From a virus: a stretch of 64,000 nucleotides of DNA. Below, in pieces: positions 1 through 6,866 of the stretch. Position numbers and translations under genes: made by a program. The stretch is taken from positions 1 through 64,000 of IMG/VR virus record IMGVR_UViG_3300042260_000713; one strand, written 5' to 3'. The notes under the pieces were generated by a model, which was given only the letters and a program-made list of their open reading frames with translations, did no database searches and had not been told where the DNA came from. The first letter of the stretch is position 1. Each line of letters begins with the position of its first letter.

Positions 1-470
1 TGTCGCCACGGTGCCCTGGTAGCTGAAACCGGGGCCGGGGTTGCCCTGGATGCCCTGGTCGCCCTGATCACCTTTGGGGCCCTGCAGCGGGCCTGCATTC
101 ACCCAGGCGGTGCCGTTGTAAATGTGCAGATCGCCAGTGGCGACCACCAGAAACGCAAAGCCCTGCGTGCTGGGAATCGGCAGGTCGGCCACTGTCGCCA
201 CGGTGCCCTGGTAGCTGAAACCGGGGCCGGGGTTGCCCTGGATGCCCTGGTCGCCCTGATCACCTTTGGGGCCCTGCAGCGGGCCTGCATTCACCCATGC
301 CGTGCCGTTGTAGATGTGCAGATCTCCGGTGGCGACCACCAGGAAGCCAAACCCCTGCGTGCTGGGAATCGGCAGGTCGGCCACTGTCGCCACGGTGCCC
401 TGGTAGCTGAAACCGGGGCCAGGGTTGCCCTGGATGCCCTGATCGCCCTGATCACCAACAGGTCCCTTGA
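1..470. repeat. Tandem direct repeat with a 192-bp unit (copies at 1-192 and 193-384, partial copy from 385), in frame within the fibre gene
   Basis: The string tgtcgccacggtgccctggtagctgaaacc recurs at 1, 193 and 385. The copies are nearly identical over the whole unit. Confidence 0.9.
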
Positions 471-1185
471 TGTCGTCCAGCGGAACCAGTGTGATCCAGG
501 TGGGCGCACCCACCTGACGCCACTGAATCTCGGTGCTCGTCTTGCGCAGCTCCACCGATGCGCCGGCATCGCCTTTGAGATCGGCGAGCAGCACCAGCGT
601 GGTCCAGGTGGGCGCCCCTACCCGGCGCCACTGAATCTCCGTGCTGGTTTTCTGCAGCTCCACCTCGGAGCCGGGGTCGCCCTGGTCGCCCTTCGGGCCC
701 TGGATCGGCCCAGCATCAACCCATGTGGTGCCGTTGTAGACATAGAGGCGCGGCGGGGTGGTGGCAGTCACCAGATAGCCGTAGCCAAGGGTCGATGGGC
801 TCGGCAGGTCGGCCACCGTGGCCACCGTGCCCTGGAAACTCAGGCCAGCGCCCTGAGGCCCTTGATCGCCCTGGTCGCCCTTTGGGCCCAGCAGATCCAC
901 CAGCGGCACCAGATCAATCCATGCCCCTGCGCTGCCCTCCACCCGCCACTGGAGGTGGGTGGCGCTCTTCTGCAGCTCCACGGCCGGCCCGCGCTCCCCT
1001 TGGGCCCGCACCTTCCACTCGTAGAGGCCGGAAACCGGATCCCGCATCGACTCGTAGATCTGCCCGTCCTCTCCGAGAATCCGCGCGCCGGGCAGCAGCG
1101 CTGCGTCGTAGGCAAGGGGCAGCGGCATCTCCACCAATGGAGCGCTGCGGTATTGACGGCCTGAACCCAGGCGCAGGGTGTTCAT
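1..1185 (-). CDS. Tail fibre-like protein with collagen-like G-X-Y stretches and tandem 64-aa repeats (3' end runs off the window)
   Basis: ATG at 1185-1183, 3 nt after the upstream stop. The frame stays open to position 1, so it is absent from the ORF track. Hand translation gives ...YNGTAWVNAGPLQGPKGDQGDQGIQGNPGPGFSYQGTVATVADLP... repeated, plus VELQKTSTEIQWR-type repeats. Confidence 0.75.
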   Translation of the reverse strand, partial: MNTLRLGSGRQYRSAPLVEMPLPLAYDAALLPGARILGEDGQIYESMRDPVSGLYEWKVRAQGERGPAVELQKSATHLQWRVEGSAGAWIDLVPLVDLLGPKGDQGDQGPQGAGLSFQGTVATVADLPSPSTLGYGYLVTATTPPRLYVYNGTTWVDAGPIQGPKGDQGDPGSEVELQKTSTEIQWRRVGAPTWTTLVLLADLKGDAGASVELRKTSTEIQWRQVGAPTWITLVPLDDIKGPVGDQGDQGIQGNPGPGFSYQGTVATVADLPIPSTQGFGFLVVATGDLHIYNGTAWVNAGPLQGPKGDQGDQGIQGNPGPGFSYQGTVATVADLPIPSTQGFAFLVVATGDLHIYNGTAWVNAGPLQGPKGDQGDQGIQGNPGPGFSYQGTVAT

Positions 1186-1188
1186 GGA

Positions 1189-1671
1189 TCAGGCCTCCGA
1201 ATCCGGCGCATGGGTCAGCGCCTCCAGTTCGACCGCCGAACCGATGACCTTGATCGAGCTGCCATTGCTGGCCCTGATCTGCAGGCGGTCGCCATTGATG
1301 GCGGAGAAGCTGGTTTTCAGCAGCCGCAGGCCCTGGATGGGCAGGTAGACCGATTCCTTCGGGGGGATGCTGATCTGTGGTGTCACCGGCACTGCATGGT
1401 TGGACTGGGTGAGGATCTGCAGTTCCACCCACCGGGTCGTGGTGTCGGTGTTGATGCAGGTGAGCGGCGCCTCGAGGAACACCTCGCCAGGCCGCAGTTC
1501 GCGGCCGGAGTCGGCGGGATCCAACGTCACCCCGGTGTCACCGGTGCCTGGGATGGAAAAGTCCGGCGCTTCCGCCAGCGTGGTGAAGCTGTTGGGAACG
1601 AATCCGGCTGAGGGAATCAGCAGCTGCAGCGGTTTGCCGCTGGAGGGTTGGTCGGTGCGTATGCGTGCCAA
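1189..1671 (-). CDS. Hypothetical structural (fibre-associated) protein
   Basis: 160-aa ORF with non-repetitive, protein-like composition, packed tightly between fibre genes. The start is TTG at 1671 and is uncertain. Confidence 0.55.
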   Translation of the reverse strand: MARIRTDQPSSGKPLQLLIPSAGFVPNSFTTLAEAPDFSIPGTGDTGVTLDPADSGRELRPGEVFLEAPLTCINTDTTTRWVELQILTQSNHAVPVTPQISIPPKESVYLPIQGLRLLKTSFSAINGDRLQIRASNGSSIKVIGSAVELEALTHAPDSEA

Positions 1672-1673
1672 GG

Positions 1674-3278
1674 TCAGTAGCTCCTAGAGATGACACCGCG
1701 CGTCAAACGGCCGCGCAGGGCTGAGTCGAACGGCGGCCCGCCCAGCTGGCCGCTGCGGGCATCGATGGTGAGGCCACCAACGAACACCGCATTGCCGGCG
1801 TCGTCTTGGCCGCTGAACCGCACCCGGCCACCGTTTATCTGCCTGATTGATCGCTGGATCCGCCGGGCGGCACGCGCCGGCGGCACACGGTAGAACTCAA
1901 CGCCGCTCATCGGCGCCGTCCACTGATGGTTAATCGCTGTGATCAGGGAGCGCAGCTTGCGCCGCACCGGCTCCACTGGGGTTGGCGCGGGGCCCTGCCC
2001 CACCTCATACCAGTAGTTGTCCATGGTGGCCTTAAGCCGGGCCACCAGGGCCAGCACCATCGCGCCCGCGGCGGTGGTGAGCTGCCCGCCGGCGATCAGC
2101 TGGGCGGCCAGCCGATCCCAGCTCGCCTTGAAGGCGGCATGGAACGGGTAGGGGTAAACGCAGGTGCCATCGAAGCGGAACATGCCCTCGGCGAAGTTCT
2201 GCATCGGCCGCTGAAACCCATGCACCAGCGAGGCGCTGATGGCATCAAGGAACAGGCCCGCATCCTTGCGGGTGAGCTCTTCGTAATTGTCGGGCCAGTC
2301 GCAGGCGCACTCGATCGTGCCCAGGTAGGCCCATAGGTCGTTGATCAGGGCCGTGCGCGCCGCATTGATCACGGCGGCGGCATTCGCCTGGGTGGTGAGC
2401 GCCGATGCCGGCACCGTGAGCGGCTGGATCTGCTGGGTGCTGCCCTCGCTCCAGAAGCTGTAGTCGCCGAATTGGCTGCTGCTGCCGCTCACCACCATCT
2501 GCCCCCCTGAGAGGCAGACGAAGTGCTTGTGGGCGCCCACGCCGATGGCGTTGACGGGGTTGATGAAGCCCCGGTTCTTGGCCACGTAGCCCATGCCGTT
2601 GTGGCTGGAGGGCGTGAAGCCCCAGGTCATCAGGTTCGGAAACACTGAATAGGCGGAGAGCACCGCACCATCGGCCAACACGCAGCCGCCGCCCTTGGGC
2701 TGGGCAGGATTGCCGGCGGCAGCGTTCATCGGCAGCGGGGTGGGCACCTCCGTGAGGGCGGAAGTGACGACGCAGTTCTGCCCATATGGAACGCCACCCG
2801 GCAAGATCACGGCACCGGGGCGGAACACCATTGCAAACCCCTTGGTGGGGTTGCTGAAGCTGTCAATGCGCCAGCCGCTGAACTTCAGATTGACCAGGTG
2901 GCAGCCATTGCCGACCCTGAACACGTTGCGCACCTCATTGCCGGCCGAGGGGCTGACGATGGTGCGGCGCTGGAAATTGGCACCGATGATCGTCGTGCGA
3001 TCCGGCACGTCCAGCTCACCAGCTGTCGGCAGCAGGTCATCGAGGATCTTGATTGTCCAGGGCACGGGCTCGGCAAAGTCCGCCACCCGATCCAGCGCCT
3101 CCTCCACATGGCGCAGCCCCGTGCGGGCGGTGCGGCCATCGCTCTGGTTGGAGCCATCACTGCGGACGTAGAAGATCCTGGGCTCCTGGCTGTCGCCGGA
3201 TTCAGGCGGTGGGGTGACACCCGCCTGGATCAGGGTCTGAGTGATCTCCACCTGGGCAAGCACAGAGGAAAGGGTCAC
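1674..3278 (-). CDS. Tailspike/fibre-like protein, possible right-handed beta-helix
   Basis: 534-aa ORF with GTGA overlap to the upstream gene. N-terminal region ...FYVRSDGSNQSDGRTARTGLRHVEEALDRV...NVFRVGNGCHLVNLKFSGW... resembles pectate-lyase-type beta-helix tailspikes. Confidence 0.5.
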   Translation of the reverse strand: MTLSSVLAQVEITQTLIQAGVTPPPESGDSQEPRIFYVRSDGSNQSDGRTARTGLRHVEEALDRVADFAEPVPWTIKILDDLLPTAGELDVPDRTTIIGANFQRRTIVSPSAGNEVRNVFRVGNGCHLVNLKFSGWRIDSFSNPTKGFAMVFRPGAVILPGGVPYGQNCVVTSALTEVPTPLPMNAAAGNPAQPKGGGCVLADGAVLSAYSVFPNLMTWGFTPSSHNGMGYVAKNRGFINPVNAIGVGAHKHFVCLSGGQMVVSGSSSQFGDYSFWSEGSTQQIQPLTVPASALTTQANAAAVINAARTALINDLWAYLGTIECACDWPDNYEELTRKDAGLFLDAISASLVHGFQRPMQNFAEGMFRFDGTCVYPYPFHAAFKASWDRLAAQLIAGGQLTTAAGAMVLALVARLKATMDNYWYEVGQGPAPTPVEPVRRKLRSLITAINHQWTAPMSGVEFYRVPPARAARRIQRSIRQINGGRVRFSGQDDAGNAVFVGGLTIDARSGQLGGPPFDSALRGRLTRGVISRSY

Positions 3279-3628
3279 GACGGCACCCCCAGGCGCGTGA
3301 TCGTTTGCGTGCCGGCGAGAATCGGCAGCTTGCTGCCGGCCGCCAGCTGGGCCATCAGCTCGAAGTAGTAGGGCCCTGCGGGTAGCGGCAGGATCTGCGG
3401 CTCCACCCGCAGCTTGCCCTCCACCGCCGAAACGATGGTGATGCCACCGCCAACGCCGAGGGCCAGGCGTGCGGCCTTCTCCCCGACCCTTCGGTAGATC
3501 ATTTCAACGTCGGCGGCCTTGAGGTTGATCGGCCGGCCCGATTGCCGGTTGGTGAGGGTGATCAGGTTGATGCCCTCCCACGTTGCCCCCTCGTAGACCG
3601 CGGGCAGCGCAAATCCCGCTGGCGTCAC
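3275..3628 (-). CDS. Hypothetical protein
   Basis: 117-aa ORF with GTG start in a GTGA overlap with the upstream stop. Composition is plausible for a real protein. Confidence 0.5.
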   Translation of the reverse strand: MTPAGFALPAVYEGATWEGINLITLTNRQSGRPINLKAADVEMIYRRVGEKAARLALGVGGGITIVSAVEGKLRVEPQILPLPAGPYYFELMAQLAAGSKLPILAGTQTITRLGVPS

Positions 3629-3900
3629 GGCTGCTCTCCGTTGGTTGCCGGTGCAGCAGCAGCAGCAGGCGATTTCTTGCCGCGCGGCGCCGGCGCCTTG
3701 GCCAGCTCTTCGGTTTTGGCGGGGGCAGCAGCTTCAAAGGCTTGGGCAGCCGCCTTCAGGTGATCCACGGTTCCCGAGCGCAGCTGCTCTTGCAGCACCT
3801 CAAGCGCTAGGCTCATCGCCCAGACTGCTTCCCGCGGGCCCACACGCTCCAGGAAGGCCAGCAGCTGCTCGGCGGCATACAAACGGTCTGCAGTGGTCAT
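3625..3900 (-). CDS. Hypothetical protein with Ala/Pro/Lys-rich tail
   Basis: Internal ATG at 3900 (MTTADRLYAAEQLL...) of the 3625..4101 ORF. The upstream 67 codons look like non-coding read-through. Confidence 0.45.
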   Translation of the reverse strand: MTTADRLYAAEQLLAFLERVGPREAVWAMSLALEVLQEQLRSGTVDHLKAAAQAFEAAAPAKTEELAKAPAPRGKKSPAAAAAPATNGEQP

Positions 3901-3992
3901 TCCGTCGCTACGGATCGGCACCCACACCGTAGGAGCGTTGTCACTCCGATCTGACGCCAGAGCAGAACAGCTCCAGATCGCTTTCAGATCGC

Positions 3993-4358
3993 TCAGGGAT
4001 ACTGCGGGGCGACCAGGTGGACCGATCGATCCCGGTAGATCGTGTCGCGCACGATGGTAAACACCACCAGCCCCGTCACCAGGGCGACAGCGACGGCACA
4101 CAATGCGAGCACAGCCCGCTCATCGGAGCTGTTCTGGCGCCTGGTGGCTGCCCGGTCCTTCCGCTGGTGCTGATCTGGCTGGAGGTGGGTTGTCATCCGT
4201 TGCCCGCCGCTCAGGGGCTGCAGCAAGGGGGCGGGGCGGGTCTGGGGTAGCACGGGAGCGCGGCGCCGGGGAAACGATTCGGCCATTGCTGATTGGTGTT
4301 GTTGCTGGCTGGGTGCAATAGTACACAGATCCGAGAGATCCGCTACGATCTCGGACAT
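3993..4358 (-). CDS. Hypothetical membrane protein
   Basis: 121-aa ORF with one hydrophobic helix, AVLALCAVAVALVTGLVVFTIV. An alternative start at 4286 is possible. Confidence 0.4.
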   Translation of the reverse strand: MSEIVADLSDLCTIAPSQQQHQSAMAESFPRRRAPVLPQTRPAPLLQPLSGGQRMTTHLQPDQHQRKDRAATRRQNSSDERAVLALCAVAVALVTGLVVFTIVRDTIYRDRSVHLVAPQYP

Positions 4359-4386
4359 TCCCAGTCTGATCCGTACCTACCAAGCA

Positions 4387-4683
4387 ATGAGATTTCTTCA
4401 CGTTCTGGCCGCCGCAGCCGTTGGCGCCAGCGCTTGCCAGCCGCGGCCAGCCCAGGCCTACAGCCTGACCACGGCGGCTTGGGCTTCGGCAGCTTCGATC
4501 TGCCAGGTCATGGCCGCTGGCTTTTCGATGCCTGAGGCCGTTCGCATCGGCATCACCGACAACCTGATGCTGTGGTCAGCTGAAATGCAGCATCCGGCCT
4601 TTTCCCGGCTGATGGCCGCGGAGGTGGTGCGGCGATGCCCGGATCTGCTGCGCTCTGCTCCAGGCGGAGGGACGCAGCTGTGA
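4387..4683 (+). CDS. Small secreted protein or possible lipoprotein
   Basis: Begins MRFLHVLAAAAVGASAC..., which looks like a signal peptide and possible lipobox. Located in the integration module. Confidence 0.45.
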   Translation: MRFLHVLAAAAVGASACQPRPAQAYSLTTAAWASAASICQVMAAGFSMPEAVRIGITDNLMLWSAEMQHPAFSRLMAAEVVRRCPDLLRSAPGGGTQL

Positions 4684-4922
4684 TCCAGGGGAGGGCCTCA
4701 ACCGCAGCACGGCATCAGCCGCTGCTGCTGACGATCCCCCAGGCCGCTGCCGCCATGGGCTGCAGCGAGCGGCACATCAAGCGGCTGGTGGCCGAGGCCG
4801 ATGCCAACCGCCGTAGCCGCTGGCGGTGGGGCCGTGAGCTGCTCGACCTGGCGCCGGTGGGCTCAGCACGGCGAATGATTCGGATCAACGCCCAGGCGGT
4901 GGTGCCGGAGTTGAAGGCGTGA
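4680..4922 (+). CDS. Excisionase/AlpA-like HTH DNA-binding protein
   Basis: LLTIPQAAAAMGCSERHIKRLV is an excisionase-type HTH. GTG start in a GTGA overlap with the upstream stop. Adjacent to the integrase. Confidence 0.6.
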   Translation: MIQGRASTAARHQPLLLTIPQAAAAMGCSERHIKRLVAEADANRRSRWRWGRELLDLAPVGSARRMIRINAQAVVPELKA

Positions 4923-5152
4923 CTGAACGACTTCAGCCTGGCGACATCTGGCAGCACACCAGCATGGGGATGCTGTACGTGACCAGCGAAGACATAGACC
5001 TGCACCCTGGCTACTTGAAGTGCTACTGGCGGATGAGCGGCCAGAGTGGCCTGGCCACATTCATGGATCCTGCAAAGACCGAGCACCTCACCCTGATGCA
5101 GCGGCTGGGTGAACAAGGCCCGGATGGTGAGTGGCGGTTAAAGCCCACCTAA
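4919..5152 (+). CDS. Hypothetical protein
   Basis: 77-aa ORF with GTGA overlap to the previous gene. Converges on the integrase 3' end. Confidence 0.45.
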   Translation: MTERLQPGDIWQHTSMGMLYVTSEDIDLHPGYLKCYWRMSGQSGLATFMDPAKTEHLTLMQRLGEQGPDGEWRLKPT

Positions 5153-6139
5153 CGCCCGCTCTGCCGCCTCGGCCACGTGGTGGGGCTGGATGTGAGCCCG
5201 GTAGGTCTTCGAGTGCTGCTGCGGGGTGTGGCCCATCAGCCGGGCGGCGGTGTAAAGATCCAACCGACTGCCCCCCTCCCGCCACAGTCGGGCCGCGTAG
5301 GCATGCCGCAGTGCATAGGGCCGCCAGGGCAGACGTTGCCGCCGCAGTTCCTTGTGCAGCCACTTGCTCACCGCATCCGTCCGCTCGCTCTCGCGCAGCT
5401 GCGGCCGTAGCCGCTGTTCCCGCAAGCGGAAGCGCTCGACCCAGGCGCGGGGCAGGGGAACCACCGTGCGGAAGCCCGTTTTGGTGGCCTCTTGCACCTG
5501 GCAGTAATCGCGCTCGATCAACGCCGCCCCCTCGATCTCATGGGGCCGCAGACCATAGGTGGCCATCATTCCCCAGTACCACTGGACAGGTTCCGAGGCC
5601 CCCTCCACCCAGACAATGATCTCCTCATCGCTCGGCACCTCCACCAGGGCGGCCTGGCTGTAGGTGGGCACTGGCACCTCTGGGAACGGCACCGCCACCA
5701 GCCGCGCCAGGTGGCGCAGCAGATAGAAGAGCTCCTTGTAGGAGCAGCTGGCCCGGTCGTAGCGCGCGAGCGCCCGAGCCATGCTTTCTGTGGTGCAGGC
5801 CGACCCCGGCTCAATCTGCCGCAGCCGGCCCAGGTAGTTCACCTCCCAGGTGCTTTGCCCCGTGCGGCCGAGAATCACCCGGGCCCGATGCAGGCGGCTG
5901 ATCGCCTCGCGCCAGGAGATCGCCCCTGGCTCCTGATCCAGCCAGTAGTCCCAGGAGAAGGTGCCGCCCTCGAGCTGCCGCTCCAGGGTCTGCAGCTGCT
6001 TTGCTGCCATCCGGCGGTTGACCGGGGTGTCATCCAGCCTGAGGGCAATGCGGCTCTGGGCCAGGCCAGGCCGGCCGTCGCGGCGGGGCACCCGTGCGAG
6101 CAGGTAGAGCCGACCCCTTAGGGCATTGATCGAGGCCAC
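5138..6139 (-). CDS. int: Tyrosine recombinase (phage integrase family)
   Basis: C-terminal ...RPYALRHAYAARLWREGGSRLDLYTAARLMGHTPQQHSKTYRAH fits the R...HxxR...Y catalytic pattern. GTG start. Confidence 0.85.
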   Translation of the reverse strand: MASINALRGRLYLLARVPRRDGRPGLAQSRIALRLDDTPVNRRMAAKQLQTLERQLEGGTFSWDYWLDQEPGAISWREAISRLHRARVILGRTGQSTWEVNYLGRLRQIEPGSACTTESMARALARYDRASCSYKELFYLLRHLARLVAVPFPEVPVPTYSQAALVEVPSDEEIIVWVEGASEPVQWYWGMMATYGLRPHEIEGAALIERDYCQVQEATKTGFRTVVPLPRAWVERFRLREQRLRPQLRESERTDAVSKWLHKELRRQRLPWRPYALRHAYAARLWREGGSRLDLYTAARLMGHTPQQHSKTYRAHIQPHHVAEAAERALGGL

Positions 6140-6485
6140 GGCGAATACGACGTTGACGGGACGGGCGGTTGTGGCCGATGAACGGCCCGTCCATTCCTAC
6201 TGCATTTCCAGTCCCTTGCTGTCCCTTGCTGTCACCTCCGGCGTTTCGGCCCCATTGCTGAGATCCGTTGCAGCGCAAGCATCTTGCGCTCTGCGACAGG
6301 CCAGCACAGCCAGGTAGAGATCCTCATCAATGCTGCGGATGTCGTATCGCCAGCCCAGACACCGCAAGGAGTTTCAGCGGTGGTTCATCACCGGTCCATC
6401 GGTTTGTGGTAGGGTCTGCTCATCGGAAGCGCCGGGCAAGGCCCGCCACCGATCACCCCATCGCCCGGCACTGGCCGGAGAAACC
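6140..6485. other. Non-coding region next to int; candidate attP/regulatory region
   Basis: No convincing ORF. Contains an 8-bp-stem hairpin (ggacgggc...gcccgtcc, about 6161-6194), a tandem tcccttgctg x2 (about 6211-6232) and the hairpin gcgcaag-catc-cttgcgc. No tRNA fragment was recognised. Confidence 0.2.
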
Positions 6486-6866
6486 ATGGAAACCACTCGC
6501 ACCACTATCGCTGGCACCGCAGGCCGCATTGCCGGCACCACCGCCCGGGGCCTGCTCTGGCTGAACGAGCAGATCGATTGGCCTGAGGTCGGCCAGATCG
6601 TGCTCCAAGGCCTGCAGATCCTGATCGTGCTCACCCTGCTGGCCGGGCGTTACAGCCGCCGCGCCTGGGATCACCTGCCGGTGCTCAGCGCGCAGCTGGG
6701 CAGCTGGTATGCCGGCCTGCTGGTGCCGGAGCAGCACCTGCTGGCACCGATCACGGCCATAATGGCCGCGGCCCGGGAAGCGCTGGAGCGGCTTGTGCGG
6801 CGCCTCTACCCCGTGCTGGCCTTTCACACCTCCAGCCCCGCCACCTCGGCGACCATGGCGTCGTAG
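6486..6866 (+). CDS. Hypothetical membrane protein
   Basis: ATG at 6486 (METTRTTIAG...). Contains the hydrophobic segment GQIVLQGLQILIVLTLLAG. The 3' end overlaps the convergent Mu F-like gene. Confidence 0.45.
   Translation: METTRTTIAGTAGRIAGTTARGLLWLNEQIDWPEVGQIVLQGLQILIVLTLLAGRYSRRAWDHLPVLSAQLGSWYAGLLVPEQHLLAPITAIMAAAREALERLVRRLYPVLAFHTSSPATSATMAS

Noticed and set aside
1-1000. Fibre-gene repeats as the variable/template repeats of a diversity-generating retroelement
   Set aside because: No reverse transcriptase ORF is present anywhere in the window. The repeats are in-frame, adjacent tandem duplications rather than a separated TR/VR pair with adenine-specific differences.
124-1164. 346-aa plus-strand ORF across the left end
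   Set aside because: It is the antisense shadow of the collagen-like fibre gene. Its translation is Ala/Gly/Arg/His-rich and repetitive only because it mirrors the minus-strand repeats. The minus frame gives clean G-X-Y and globular repeats.
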